Below, one piece after another: positions 19,041 through 29,607 of a stretch of 32,000 bases of DNA. Position 1 is the stretch's first letter; every line of letters starts with the position of its first letter. Under the pieces are notes generated by a model, which was not told the origin of the DNA, searched no databases, and was given only the letters and a program-made list of their open reading frames with translations. Location of the stretch: the NCBI RefSeq assembly GCF_000008645.1, contig NC_000916.1:1-32000 (forward strand), read 5' to 3'. A program made the position numbers and the translations under genes. This stretch comes from Methanothermobacter thermautotrophicus str. Delta H. Lineage in GTDB: Archaea; Methanobacteriota; Methanobacteria; Methanobacteriales; Methanothermobacteraceae.

Positions 19041-19835
19041 ATGGATATTGCTCTTAAGGAAAAAACTGATACCGAAATGGTCTTTGTGGTCAGCGGCGTC
19101 ACGGTTCCATTCATAAACGCCATAAGGAGGATCTGCATGATGGAGGTCCCCAAACTGGCAATTGAGTACGTCAACATGTACAGGAACGACGCCAAGATGT
19201 TCGATGAGGTACTGGCCCACAGGCTGGGGCTTGTACCCCTTGCAGCTGACCCTGAATTTGCTGAATCCCTTAAAATGCCTGAGGAGTGCGACTGTGAGGA
19301 GTACTGCTCAGAGTGCAGTGTATCCCTCACCCTCAGGAAGAAGGGCCCGGGTGTTGTTTACTCAGGGGATCTTGTTTCAGAAACACCCGCAGTTAAACCG
19401 GTTTACCCTGACATTCCCCTTGTGAAGCTTGGAGATGATGATGAGCTTGAACTGGAGGCCGTCGCACAGCTGGGTGTGGGAAGGGAACATGCGAAATGGG
19501 AACCCACCACAGCATGCGCATACAAATACTACCCCAGGATAGAGTTCAGTGAAGACTGTGACGAGTGCCTTGAATGCATCGAGGCATGCCCGAGGGATGT
19601 TCTTGGAGAGGAATCAGGTAAACCCGTGGTTGTTGACCTTGAAAACTGTTCAATGTGCAAGAGCTGTGTCAGGGCATGTGATAAGAGGGCCATAGATGTG
19701 GGATACGAGGAAGGCAAGTTCATATTCAGGATAGAGACCGACGGATCAGTTGACCCAAAGGATGTTCTCCTTAAGGCCTGTGACATCCTCAGGGACAAGG
19801 CAGAGCAGGTAATAACATTTTGTGAAGGAGGCTAA
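19041..19835 (+). CDS. rpoD: DNA-directed RNA polymerase subunit D (Rpo3) with a ferredoxin-like 2x[4Fe-4S] cysteine domain
   Basis: ATG 19041 lies 1 nt after the S11 stop; the ORF-track start at 18996 overlaps S11. Contains a VPFINAIRR dimerisation motif. CDECLECIEACP and CSMCKSCVRAC lie at nt 19557-19679. Confidence 0.93.
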   Translation: MDIALKEKTDTEMVFVVSGVTVPFINAIRRICMMEVPKLAIEYVNMYRNDAKMFDEVLAHRLGLVPLAADPEFAESLKMPEECDCEEYCSECSVSLTLRKKGPGVVYSGDLVSETPAVKPVYPDIPLVKLGDDDELELEAVAQLGVGREHAKWEPTTACAYKYYPRIEFSEDCDECLECIEACPRDVLGEESGKPVVVDLENCSMCKSCVRACDKRAIDVGYEEGKFIFRIETDGSVDPKDVLLKACDILRDKAEQVITFCEGG

Positions 19836-19838
19836 CCA

Positions 19839-20204
19839 ATGGTAAGGAAGATTACCAAGACGAATCCCAATCTTATAAAACTCATACGTAATCTCAGGAA
19901 AAAATCATCCCAGGAAGGCGCAGCAATCTGGAAGGACGTTGCAAGGAGACTCGAAAGGCCCACAAGGAACAGGGCTGCAGTCAATATATCCAAGATAAAC
20001 AGGCACTCCGATGAGGATGAAACAGTTCTCGTGCCTGGAAAGGTCCTTGGAAGCGGAAACCTTGACCACAGGGTCCAGGTTGTTGCCCTGTCATTTTCAC
20101 AGACAGCAAGGGATAAGATCGAGAGGGCCGGGGGAGAGTGCCTGACACTCGGAAAAATTGTTGAAGAGAACCCGGCCATTAAGAACATAAAGATAATAGA
20201 ATAA
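19839..20204 (+). CDS. rpl18e: 50S ribosomal protein L18e (eL18)
   Basis: 121 aa, [17 protein letters not shown]...; GAAGGAGG upstream. Confidence 0.93.
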   Translation: MVRKITKTNPNLIKLIRNLRKKSSQEGAAIWKDVARRLERPTRNRAAVNISKINRHSDEDETVLVPGKVLGSGNLDHRVQVVALSFSQTARDKIERAGGECLTLGKIVEENPAIKNIKIIE

Positions 20205-20214
20205 GGTGTTGCTC

Positions 20215-20652
20215 ATGATCATCAACGGAGAAGGACATATCCTTGGAAGACTGGCAAGTGTCGTCAGCAAGAAGCTCCTTGAGGGGGAGGAAGTGATCGT
20301 CTTAAATGCCGAGAAGATCCTGATCACAGGTTCTAAGGAATGGGCATACGGCAAGTACAAGCAGAGGATTGACAGGGCCAGCATATCCAACCCCAGAAGG
20401 ATGGGTCCCAAGTACCCCAGAAGGCCCGACGACATATTCAGAAGGACCGTGAGGGGCATGCTACCCTACAAGAAATCAAAGGGAAGAGAAGCCTTCAAGG
20501 GCCTCAAGGCATATGTGGGTATTCCACGTGAATTCAAGGATGAAGAAATGGTTGAAATACCCGATGCAAAGGCAGGCAGCATAAAAAAGGGAATGGAACT
20601 CGGAGAGATCTCAGAACTTCTGGGTGCTAGATTACAGATAGGGAGTGTAATC
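20215..20652 (+). CDS. rpl13: 50S ribosomal protein L13 (uL13) domain; the reading frame has NO stop codon and runs straight into S9
   Basis: [22 protein letters not shown]... is a typical uL13, with AAGGTG before ATG 20215. The homologous region ends near ...[11 protein letters not shown] (codon 140, nt 20634). The frame then continues CAG ATA GGG AGT GTA ATC into ATG 20653. Confidence 0.85.
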
Positions 20653-21054
20653 ATGAAGAAGGTTATTCACACAAGCGGCAAAAGGAAAACCGCCATTGCA
20701 AGGGGGACCATCAGGGAAGGTAAGGGTAGAGTGAGGATCAACAAGGTCCCGGTTGAACTCTACACACCTGAACTTGCAAGGCTCAAGATCATGGAACCAC
20801 TGAAACTTGCCGGCGACGTTATAAATGACGTTGACATAAACGTCAGGGTCGTTGGTGGGGGTATAGTTGGACAGGCCGAGGCTGCAAGGATGGTCATCGC
20901 CAGGGGACTCGTGGACTGGACCAGTGACATGGACCTCAAGGAGAAGTTCGTACAGTACGACAGGACAATGCTGGTGGGAGACCCCAGACGTTCAGAGCCC
21001 AAGAAGTACGGGGGCCGAGGCGCCCGTGCAAGGAGACAGAAGAGTTACAGGTAG
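20653..21054 (+). CDS. rps9: 30S ribosomal protein S9 (uS9)
   Basis: 133 aa, [18 protein letters not shown]...RQKSYR, canonical uS9 N- and C-termini. It has its own SD-like GGGAGTG 6 nt upstream and is in frame with L13. Confidence 0.93.
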   Translation: MKKVIHTSGKRKTAIARGTIREGKGRVRINKVPVELYTPELARLKIMEPLKLAGDVINDVDINVRVVGGGIVGQAEAARMVIARGLVDWTSDMDLKEKFVQYDRTMLVGDPRRSEPKKYGGRGARARRQKSYR

Positions 21055-21067
21055 ATCAATCGATAAC

Positions 21068-21075
21068 TTTATATA
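21068..21075 (+). promoter_or_regulatory. Consensus archaeal TATA box (TTTATATA) in an AT-rich gap; adjacent T5 and T4 tracts may terminate the upstream operon
   Basis: TTTATATA at 21068-21075 is followed by TTTTT (21076-21080) and ATTTTATAAA (21081-21090), in the 58-nt gap between S9 and rpoN. The predicted TSS is near 21095-21100. Confidence 0.5.
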
Positions 21076-21112
21076 TTTTTATTTTATAAACTAAAGAGTA
21101 GAATGATTCAGT

Positions 21113-21280
21113 ATGATTCCAGTAAGATGTTTAAGCTGCGGAAAACCTGTATCAGCCTATTTCAATGAGTATCAGAGGAGAGTGGCTGATGGAGAGGACC
21201 CCAAGGACGTGCTTGATGACCTGGGTCTCAAGAGGTACTGCTGCAGACGAATGTTAATTTCACATGTTGAGACATGGTAG
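21113..21280 (+). CDS. rpoN: DNA-directed RNA polymerase subunit N (Rpo10)
   Basis: Not in the ORF track (<60 aa). Manual translation gives [55 protein letters not shown]-stop (55 aa), with the canonical RCxxCG...CCRRM zinc motif. Confidence 0.93.
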   Translation: MIPVRCLSCGKPVSAYFNEYQRRVADGEDPKDVLDDLGLKRYCCRRMLISHVETW

Positions 21281-21403
<123 letters not shown>

Positions 21404-21457
21404 TCAAATCGAATCCAAGAACCTCTATTTTAATGTTTTTCTTGGAGGCATATGCAT

Positions 21458-21637
21458 ATGGCGTCAAAAAAACTCACACGTTTTGAAAGGGCTAGGCTGA
21501 TAGGTGCCAGGGCACTCCAGATATCAATGGGTGCAAGACCACTCGTTGAGATCAAGGAGTCACTGGACCCTGTTGATATAGCCAGAAAGGAACTTGAAAA
21601 GAAGGTCATGCCACTGGACGTTAGAAGAGACAAATAA
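21458..21637 (+). CDS. rpoK: DNA-directed RNA polymerase subunit K (Rpo6)
   Basis: [26 protein letters not shown] is a conserved Rpo6 motif. ATG 21458 is 9 nt after GGAGG; ATG 21452 is only 3 nt after it. Confidence 0.9.
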   Translation: MASKKLTRFERARLIGARALQISMGARPLVEIKESLDPVDIARKELEKKVMPLDVRRDK

Positions 21638-21688
21638 ACTCTAATAAACCACTATTTTTCAGTCTAGAGTTTATTATGAGGTGTTTTA

Positions 21689-22939
21689 ATGGAAAGTATT
21701 ATTGAAGATGTTAGAGTAAGGAAAATTCTTGACAGCAGGGGAAACCCGACGGTTGAGGTTGATGTTATAACCTGGAACGGCTTTGGAAGGGCTGCAGCCC
21801 CCAGCGGTGCAAGCACAGGTTCCAGGGAGGTTGCAGCCTTCCCATCAGGGGGGGTTGATGAGATAATAACAGAGGTCGAGGATATAATCTCCTCAGAACT
21901 CATAGGAATGGATGCAGTGGACCTCCAGGACATAGACCTCGTCCTAAAGGAGATCGACGGGACCGAAAATCTCTCATCTCTGGGAGGTAACACCGTGGTG
22001 GCTGTTTCAATGGCAACCGCAAAGGCAGCAGCATCATCCTACAACATGCCCCTCTACAGGTTCCTCGGCGGAAACCTTGCAACATCCATACCCTACCCCC
22101 TGGGTAACATGATAAATGGGGGGGCCCACGCAGGAAAAAACGCCCCTGACATACAGGAGTTCCTGGTTGTGCCTGTGGGTGCTGAGGACATAACCGAGGC
22201 GGTTTTCGCAAATGCAGCCGTCCATAAGAGGATAAGGGAGCTCATCCAGAAGAAGGACCCGTCCTTTGCAGGAGGTAAGGGTGATGAGGGCGGATGGGTG
22301 CCCAGCCTCTCAAACGGGGACGCCCTGGAGATACAGGCCACTGCCTGTGAGGAGGTAACAGATGAACTCGGTGTTGAGGTGAGACCATCGCTGGACCTTG
22401 CAGCGAGCGAATTCTGGGACCCTGAGATTGAGAAGTACGTCTACAGGCAGGAGAACGTCCAGAAGGACACAGGCGAACAGATAGAATTTGTTAAGGAGAT
22501 AATTGAAACCTATGACATGTACTATGTCGAGGACCCCCTCCATGAGGGAGACCTTGAGGGTTTCGCCGAGCTGACATCCCTGGTTGGTGACCGCTGCATG
22601 ATCTGTGGTGACGATATCTTCGTGACCAACAGGGAGATACTCAGGGAGGGTATAGAGATGGGTGCAGCCAACGCCATAATCATCAAGCCCAACCAGATAG
22701 GCACCCTCACAGACACCTACCTCACCGTCAAACTGGCCCTCGAGAACAGGTACACCCCTGTGGTTTCACACAGGTCAGGTGAGACAACAGATGATACCAT
22801 AGCCCACCTTGCGGTGGCCTTCGGAGCACCCCTCATAAAGACAGGTGCAATAGGCGGTGAGAGGATAGCCAAACTCAACGAACTCATACGCATACAGGAA
22901 GAGATTCCATATTCAAGGATGGCTGATCTGCCATTTTAA
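21689..22939 (+). CDS. eno: Enolase (2-phosphoglycerate dehydratase)
   Basis: 416 aa with [23 protein letters not shown] and IKTGA motifs. Confidence 0.96.
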
Positions 22940-22966
22940 ATATTGAAACTTATTTGAGGTGATAGA

Positions 22967-23563
22967 TTGTCAGAACTACTAATACCACTGGACAAATACC
23001 TTGCAGCAGGACTGCACATTGGAACACAGCAGAAAACAGCTGATATGGAGAAGTACATTTACCGTGTGAGATCAGACGGACTCTACGTCCTCGATATAAG
23101 GAAGACAAATGACAGGGTAATCGCGGCTTCAAAGTTCCTCTCAAAGTATGAACCCGATGACATCCTCGCTGTTTCAACAAGACAGTATGGACAGGAACCT
23201 GTGAGGAAATTCGGTGAAGTTACAGGTGCAAGGACCATACCTGGAAGGTTCATACCCGGTACACTCACAAATCCTAACTATGCGAAGTTCATTGAACCGG
23301 AGGTCCTGGTGGCCACAGATCCAAGATCAGATTCACAGGCAATCATCGAGGCCAAACAGATAGGCATACCTGTGGTTGCCCTCTGTGACACTGAAAACCT
23401 CCTTGGAAATGTTGATATAGCAATACCCGTCAACAACAAGGGACGTAAGGCCATAGCCCTTGTCTACTGGTTACTGGCAAGGCAGTTCCTCCGGGAGAAG
23501 GGCATCCTCAAGGAGGATGAGGACCTGGACATACCTCCAACAGAGTTCGAACTGAAGATCTAG
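22967..23563 (+). CDS. rps2: 30S ribosomal protein S2 (uS2)
   Basis: 198 aa with a TTG start 4 nt after GAGGTGA; contains [10 protein letters not shown] and the PVVALCDT motif. Confidence 0.94.
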   Translation: MSELLIPLDKYLAAGLHIGTQQKTADMEKYIYRVRSDGLYVLDIRKTNDRVIAASKFLSKYEPDDILAVSTRQYGQEPVRKFGEVTGARTIPGRFIPGTLTNPNYAKFIEPEVLVATDPRSDSQAIIEAKQIGIPVVALCDTENLLGNVDIAIPVNNKGRKAIALVYWLLARQFLREKGILKEDEDLDIPPTEFELKI

Positions 23564-23573
23564 AAGTGGTCAT

Positions 23574-24407
23574 ATGATAAGGAGACCTGCAGTGGCGGGA
23601 GCTTTCTATGAACGGGACCCCGCGGCCCTCAGAAGGCGCATTGAATGGTGTTTCGAGCATGAGCTCGGACCCGGCACCCTTCCGGCAGTGGGGTCCATGA
23701 GGAGGATAAAGGGGGTGATCGCCCCCCACGCAGGTTACATGTATTCAGGACCCGTGGCAGCACACGCCTACCATGAGCTGGTATCCGATGGAATCCCCGG
23801 GACCCTGGTGATAATCTGCCCCAACCACACAGGGATGGGGTCAGGTGTATCGCTTATGCAGCAGGGTGCATGGGAGACACCCCTCGGTACAGTGGAGATA
23901 GACTCAGAGCTTGCAGAAGCCATTGTGAGAGAATCAGGGATCATAGACCTGGATGAGACAGCACACCTCGCCGAGCACAGCTGTGAGGTGCATGTACCCT
24001 TCATCCAGTACTTCACAGATAACTTCAGGATAGTTCCAGTTACCATGTGGATGCAGGGCCATGAGACAGCCGCCGATGTTGGACATGCGGTCGCATCAGC
24101 CATCAGGGAAACCGGAAGGGATGCGGCTGTCATCGCAAGCACAGACTTCACACACTACAGTCCACAGGACATTGCTGAAGCCACCGACAGAAGGATCATT
24201 GACAGGATAACAGCAATGGATGATACCGGCATGTACGGTGTTATCAGTGAACTCAACGCAACCATGTGCGGTTATGGGCCGGTAGCGGCTACCATCATAG
24301 CCTCAAGGATTCTTGGAGCCACAGAATGCGACCTACTGAGATATGCAACAAGTGGAGATGTTACCGGTGACCGCAGCTCGGTGGTGGGCTACGCTCACTT
24401 GTCCTGA
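23574..24407 (+). CDS. MEMO1-family protein (AmmeMemoRadiSam system protein B-like; function unknown)
   Basis: 277 aa with RRPAVAGAFY, APHAGYMYSG and EHSCEVHVPF, the metal-site motifs of the Memo/LigB-like fold. Confidence 0.82.
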   Translation: MIRRPAVAGAFYERDPAALRRRIEWCFEHELGPGTLPAVGSMRRIKGVIAPHAGYMYSGPVAAHAYHELVSDGIPGTLVIICPNHTGMGSGVSLMQQGAWETPLGTVEIDSELAEAIVRESGIIDLDETAHLAEHSCEVHVPFIQYFTDNFRIVPVTMWMQGHETAADVGHAVASAIRETGRDAAVIASTDFTHYSPQDIAEATDRRIIDRITAMDDTGMYGVISELNATMCGYGPVAATIIASRILGATECDLLRYATSGDVTGDRSSVVGYAHLS

Positions 24408-24422
24408 GATAAGGGTGAAACA

Positions 24423-25334
24423 TTGAAGTCGTCGGCATCCGCACCTGCCAAGGCCATTCTTTTTGGTGAACACGCAGTGGTCTACAGCAAGCCGGCAATA
24501 GCAGCCGCCATAGACCGCAGGGTGACTGTAACCGTAAGTGAATCCAGCAGCACCCATGTAACCATCCCCTCCCTGGGTATACGCCACAGTTCAGAGAGAC
24601 CATCCGGTGGCATCCTGGACTACATCGGGAGGTGCCTCGAGCTTTACCATGACGCATCACCCCTTGACATCAGGGTGGAGATGGAGATACCCGCCGGTTC
24701 AGGCCTAGGTTCATCGGCTGCACTCACCGTTGCACTGATAGGTCCCCTCGACAGGTACCATGGAAGGGATCATGGACCCGGGGAGACAGCAGCCAGGGCC
24801 CACAGGGTGGAGGTTGATGTACAGGGAGCCGCCAGCCCCCTTGACACAGCCATCAGCACCTATGGGGGCCTTGTATACCTTGACAGCCAGAGGAGGGTGA
24901 GGCAGTTTGAGGCCGACCTGGGGGACCTTGTAATAGCACACCTTGACTATTCAGGGGAAACAGCCAGGATGGTTGCCGGCGTAGCTGAAAGGTTCAGGAG
25001 ATTCCCGGATATCATGGGGAGGATAATGGACACAGTTGAGTCCATAACCAATACAGCATACAGGGAACTTCTAAGGAACAACACAGAACCCCTGGGGGAG
25101 CTCATGAACCTCAACCAGGGGCTGCTGGACTCCATGGGCGTTTCCACACGTGAACTTTCAATGATGGTCTATGAGGCAAGGAACGCCGGGGCAGCAGGTT
25201 CAAAGATCACAGGAGCCGGCGGCGGCGGGAGCATAATAGCCCACTGCCCGGGATGTGTGGATGATGTTGTCACGGCCCTTAACAGGAACTGGAAAGCCAT
25301 GAGGGCAGAGTTTTCGGTTAAGGGACTCATCTAA
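24423..25334 (+). CDS. mvk: Mevalonate kinase
   Basis: 303 aa with a TTG start after AAGGGTGA. GHMP-kinase motifs: KAILFGEHAVVY, PAGSGLGSSAA, KITGAGGGGS. Confidence 0.92.
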   Translation: MKSSASAPAKAILFGEHAVVYSKPAIAAAIDRRVTVTVSESSSTHVTIPSLGIRHSSERPSGGILDYIGRCLELYHDASPLDIRVEMEIPAGSGLGSSAALTVALIGPLDRYHGRDHGPGETAARAHRVEVDVQGAASPLDTAISTYGGLVYLDSQRRVRQFEADLGDLVIAHLDYSGETARMVAGVAERFRRFPDIMGRIMDTVESITNTAYRELLRNNTEPLGELMNLNQGLLDSMGVSTRELSMMVYEARNAGAAGSKITGAGGGGSIIAHCPGCVDDVVTALNRNWKAMRAEFSVKGLI

Positions 25335-25355
25335 TATTCACAGGGTGCATATGTA

Positions 25356-26156
25356 ATGATCATTCTCAAGCTTGGTGGAAGTGTAATTACCAGGAAGGAC
25401 TCTGAGGAACCTGCAATAGACAGGGATAACCTTGAAAGGATAGCCTCAGAGATAGGGAACGCTTCGCCATCATCATTGATGATAGTGCACGGCGCAGGGT
25501 CCTTTGGCCACCCATTTGCAGGTGAGTACAGGATAGGCTCGGAGATAGAGAATGAGGAGGACCTCAGGCGCCGGAGGTTTGGATTTGCACTGACCCAGAA
25601 CTGGGTTAAAAAGCTTAACAGCCATGTATGCGACGCACTCCTTGCTGAGGGAATTCCAGCAGTTTCAATGCAGCCATCAGCTTTCATAAGGGCCCATGCT
25701 GGCCGCATAAGCCACGCGGATATCTCACTGATCAGATCCTACCTTGAGGAGGGTATGGTACCGGTGGTCTACGGTGACGTTGTACTTGACTCAGACAGGA
25801 GGTTGAAATTTTCTGTCATATCAGGAGACCAGCTGATAAACCACTTCTCCCTGAGGCTGATGCCGGAGAGGGTCATACTCGGGACAGATGTGGACGGGGT
25901 ATACACCAGGAACCCTAAGAAGCACCCCGATGCAAGGCTCCTTGATGTTATAGGATCACTCGATGACCTTGAATCCCTTGACGGGACACTTAACACTGAT
26001 GTGACGGGTGGAATGGTCGGTAAGATAAGGGAACTCCTTCTGCTTGCAGAGAAGGGTGTGGAATCTGAAATAATTAATGCTGCAGTGCCCGGAAATATTG
26101 AGAGGGCCCTCCTGGGAGAGGAGGTACGGGGCACAAGAATCACAGGGAAACATTGA
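25356..26156 (+). CDS. ipk: Isopentenyl phosphate kinase (amino-acid-kinase fold)
   Basis: 266 aa with ILKLGGSVIT, VHGAGSFGHP and TDVDGVY motifs. It sits between mvk and idi. Confidence 0.9.
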   Translation: MIILKLGGSVITRKDSEEPAIDRDNLERIASEIGNASPSSLMIVHGAGSFGHPFAGEYRIGSEIENEEDLRRRRFGFALTQNWVKKLNSHVCDALLAEGIPAVSMQPSAFIRAHAGRISHADISLIRSYLEEGMVPVVYGDVVLDSDRRLKFSVISGDQLINHFSLRLMPERVILGTDVDGVYTRNPKKHPDARLLDVIGSLDDLESLDGTLNTDVTGGMVGKIRELLLLAEKGVESEIINAAVPGNIERALLGEEVRGTRITGKH

Positions 26157-26229
26157 GGACATTCACGATTATCAATCAACATTCAAAGGAATTTATAGGG
26201 TGATGGAAAATTTTTAAGGGCGTTAAAAT

Positions 26230-27279
26230 ATGATTTCGGATAGGAAACTGGAGCATCTGATCCTGTGCGCCAGCTGTGATGTTGAGTACAGGAAGAAGAC
26301 AGGCTTCGAGGATATTGAGATAGTTCACAGAGCCATACCTGAAATAAACAAGGAAAAGATAGATATAAGCCTTGATTTTCTCGGCAGGGAATTATCATCT
26401 CCTGTAATGATAAGTGCAATCACAGGCGGCCACCCGGCCTCCATGAAGATAAACAGGGAACTTGCCAGGGCGGCAGAGAAACTTGGAATAGCACTTGGAC
26501 TTGGAAGTCAGAGGGCCGGGGTGGAGCACCCTGAACTTGAGGGGACCTACACCATCGCAAGGGAGGAGGCACCCTCAGCAATGCTCATAGGTAACATTGG
26601 AAGTTCACATATCGAATACGCTGAAAGGGCCGTGGAGATGATAGATGCAGACGCCCTGGCAGTGCACCTCAACCCACTCCAGGAGTCCATACAGCCCGGA
26701 GGAGACGTTGACTCATCAGGGGCCCTCGAGTCCATATCAGCAATAGTTGAGTCAGTGGACGTCCCGGTAATGGTGAAGGAGACAGGGGCAGGTATATGCT
26801 CAGAGGATGCCATTGAACTTGAATCCTGTGGTGTATCAGCCATAGATGTTGCAGGTGCAGGCGGCACCAGCTGGGCTGCCGTGGAAACATACCGGGCGGA
26901 TGACAGGTACCTCGGAGAACTCTTCTGGGACTGGGGCATACCAACCGCTGCAAGCACCGTGGAGGTCGTGGAATCTGTCAGCATCCCGGTAATAGCATCA
27001 GGGGGTATCAGGAGCGGGATCGACGCCGCCAAGGCAATATCCCTCGGTGCAGAAATGGTGGGGATTGCACTCCCGGTCCTTGAAGCAGCGGGGCATGGCT
27101 ACAGGGAAGTTATTAAGGTAATTGAGGGATTCAATGAGGCCCTCAGGACTGCAATGTACCTGGCAGGTGCAGAGACACTTGACGATCTTAAAAAATCACC
27201 AGTCATAATAACAGGCCATACAGGAGAATGGCTGAACCAAAGGGGCTTTGAAACTAAAAAATACGCCAGGAGGTCATAA
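26230..27279 (+). CDS. fni: Type 2 isopentenyl-diphosphate delta-isomerase (FMN-dependent)
   Basis: 349 aa TIM-barrel flavoenzyme with the motifs [22 protein letters not shown] and ASGGIRSG. Confidence 0.92.
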   Translation: MISDRKLEHLILCASCDVEYRKKTGFEDIEIVHRAIPEINKEKIDISLDFLGRELSSPVMISAITGGHPASMKINRELARAAEKLGIALGLGSQRAGVEHPELEGTYTIAREEAPSAMLIGNIGSSHIEYAERAVEMIDADALAVHLNPLQESIQPGGDVDSSGALESISAIVESVDVPVMVKETGAGICSEDAIELESCGVSAIDVAGAGGTSWAAVETYRADDRYLGELFWDWGIPTAASTVEVVESVSIPVIASGGIRSGIDAAKAISLGAEMVGIALPVLEAAGHGYREVIKVIEGFNEALRTAMYLAGAETLDDLKKSPVIITGHTGEWLNQRGFETKKYARRS

Positions 27280-27280
27280 T

Positions 27281-28633
27281 TTGAGCGTAGAAGTAATTGC
27301 GATCGGCGGATACGAGGAAGTTGGTAAGAACATGTCCGCCGTTAAGGTAGGAGATGACGTTGTAATATTTGATATGGGGATTCACCTTGACAGGGTTCAC
27401 ATACATGAGGACACAGATATAGCAAGGATGCACAGCCTCGACCTCATTGAGAGGGGGGTCATCCCCGACGATACCCTCATGAAGGACGTTGACGGGAAGG
27501 TCAGGGCCATAGTATTCACCCATGGGCACCTTGACCATATAGGGGCAGTTGCAAAACTCGCCCACAGGTACCAGGCGCCCATAATAGCAACACCCTACAC
27601 CATAGCACTCATAGAGAGAACAATAAAGGCTGAGAGGAAGTTCAACGTCCTCAACACACTCCAGGTACTGAACGCCGGGGAGAAGTGTCAGATATCACCG
27701 GGTATAACCCTGGAGTTCATCCAGTCAACCCACAGCATACCCCAGTCAGTGATAGCAGCCCTGCACACACCGGAGGGCATAATAGTCTATGCACTGGACT
27801 TCAAATTCGACGACCACCAGAAGATATCCCCACCACCAGACTACCACCGTCTCAGGGAACTTGGAAGGAAGGGCGTCCTCGCCATGATAGTCGAGACAAC
27901 AAGGGCCAATGAGAAGCAGGAGGTCAAGACCCACTCAGAGAAGGTTGCAAGGATAGTCCTGGAGGACATAATGAAGAACCCCCTGGAGGAGAAGACCGGG
28001 ATGATCGTGACAACCTTCTCATCCCACATGGAACGTATACAGGCCATAAGTGACATAGCATCAAAGAGCGACAGGCAGATGCTTCTCCTGGGAAGGTCAA
28101 TGGAGCGCTACTGTGGACTCGCAGAGGCAATGGGGATCCTGAAACTCCCTGAGAATGCGAGCATATATGGAAGTCCCAAGGCAGTTAACAGGGCCCTTGC
28201 ACGTGCAGAGGCAAAGCGCGAGGACTACCTCCTCATAACCACGGGACATCAGGGGGAACCCGACGCACTGCTCCCAAGGATAGCCAATGCAAAGACCCAG
28301 TTCAGGATACAGAGGGGTGATAATGTTGTGATATCAGCCCCGGTCATCCCGAACCCCATGAACGTTGCCAACAGGAACCTGATGGAGAGGCGTCTGGCAT
28401 CAAGCGGTGCCAGGATCTACACCAACGCCCATGTGTCAGGGCATGCTGGAAGGGAGGACCACAGGGACTTCATAAGAATGCTGAACCCCATGCACATAAT
28501 ACCTGCCCACGGTGACCTGAGCATGCTCTCGGCCTACGCAGAGATAGCAGAGGAGGAGGGCTACAAGCTGGGTAACGATATACATATCCTAAGGAATGGA
28601 CAGGCACAGGTCTTTAATGGAGGTATCCGATGA
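27281..28633 (+). CDS. rnj: Archaeal RNase J (metallo-beta-lactamase / beta-CASP ribonuclease)
   Basis: TTG 27281 lies 6 nt after GGAGGT and 1 nt after the IDI stop; the ORF-track start at 27248 overlaps fni. Contains HGHLDHIG (HxHxDH), a beta-CASP region and the C-terminal [11 protein letters not shown] motif. Confidence 0.88.
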   Translation: MSVEVIAIGGYEEVGKNMSAVKVGDDVVIFDMGIHLDRVHIHEDTDIARMHSLDLIERGVIPDDTLMKDVDGKVRAIVFTHGHLDHIGAVAKLAHRYQAPIIATPYTIALIERTIKAERKFNVLNTLQVLNAGEKCQISPGITLEFIQSTHSIPQSVIAALHTPEGIIVYALDFKFDDHQKISPPPDYHRLRELGRKGVLAMIVETTRANEKQEVKTHSEKVARIVLEDIMKNPLEEKTGMIVTTFSSHMERIQAISDIASKSDRQMLLLGRSMERYCGLAEAMGILKLPENASIYGSPKAVNRALARAEAKREDYLLITTGHQGEPDALLPRIANAKTQFRIQRGDNVVISAPVIPNPMNVANRNLMERRLASSGARIYTNAHVSGHAGREDHRDFIRMLNPMHIIPAHGDLSMLSAYAEIAEEEGYKLGNDIHILRNGQAQVFNGGIR

Positions 28634-29607
28634 TGGAAGTAATGGATATTCTAAGGAAGTACTCTGAAATGGCTGATGAGAGGATAAGGGAGTCCATCAG
28701 TGACATAACACCCGAGACGTTACTCAGAGCATCAGAACACCTCATCACAGCAGGCGGTAAGAAGATAAGACCATCACTGGCCCTCTTAAGCTCTGAGGCT
28801 GTTGGCGGAGACCCCGGGGATGCTGCGGGTGTTGCAGCGGCAATAGAACTGATCCACACATTCTCACTCATCCACGATGATATAATGGATGACGATGAGA
28901 TCAGGAGAGGCGAACCTGCCGTCCATGTCCTCTGGGGGGAACCCATGGCCATACTCGCCGGTGATGTTCTCTTCTCAAAGGCCTTCGAGGCGGTTATCAG
29001 GAACGGTGACTCTGAAATGGTGAAGGAAGCTCTTGCAGTTGTCGTTGACTCCTGCGTCAAGATATGTGAGGGCCAGGCCCTTGACATGGGATTCGAGGAG
29101 AGGCTGGACGTCACAGAGGAGGAATACATGGAGATGATCTACAAGAAGACAGCAGCCCTCATCGCAGCAGCAACAAAGGCCGGGGCGATAATGGGTGGTG
29201 GTTCACCCCAGGAGATCGCCGCCCTCGAGGACTATGGCAGATGCATTGGTCTCGCATTCCAGATACACGACGACTACCTCGACGTGGTCAGTGACGAGGA
29301 ATCCCTTGGCAAACCAGTGGGCAGTGACATAGCAGAGGGAAAGATGACCCTCATGGTTGTGAAGGCACTTGAGAGGGCATCAGAGAAGGACAGGGAGAGG
29401 CTGATATCCATCCTGGGCTCCGGGGACGAGAAACTTGTGGCAGAGGCCATAGAGATATTTGAACGATACGGGGCAACAGAATATGCCCATGCTGTGGCCC
29501 TGGACCATGTGAGGATGGCAAAGGAACGCCTCGAGGTACTTGAGGAATCGGATGCAAGGGAAGCCCTCGCCATGATAGCCGACTTCGTCCTTGAAAGGGA
29601 ACACTAG
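28630..29607 (+). CDS. idsA: Short-chain (E)-prenyl diphosphate synthase (FPP/GGPP synthase)
   Basis: 325 aa with two aspartate-rich motifs, [15 protein letters not shown] and [13 protein letters not shown] overlap with the RNase J stop. Confidence 0.93.
   Translation: MMEVMDILRKYSEMADERIRESISDITPETLLRASEHLITAGGKKIRPSLALLSSEAVGGDPGDAAGVAAAIELIHTFSLIHDDIMDDDEIRRGEPAVHVLWGEPMAILAGDVLFSKAFEAVIRNGDSEMVKEALAVVVDSCVKICEGQALDMGFEERLDVTEEEYMEMIYKKTAALIAAATKAGAIMGGGSPQEIAALEDYGRCIGLAFQIHDDYLDVVSDEESLGKPVGSDIAEGKMTLMVVKALERASEKDRERLISILGSGDEKLVAEAIEIFERYGATEYAHAVALDHVRMAKERLEVLEESDAREALAMIADFVLEREH

Noticed and set aside
20623-20655. Stop-codon readthrough or recoding (Sec/Pyl-type) as an explanation for the L13-S9 continuity.
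   Set aside because: There is no in-frame stop codon at all between the two domains, so no recoding signal is needed or visible. The choice is between a real fusion or mutation and a sequence error.
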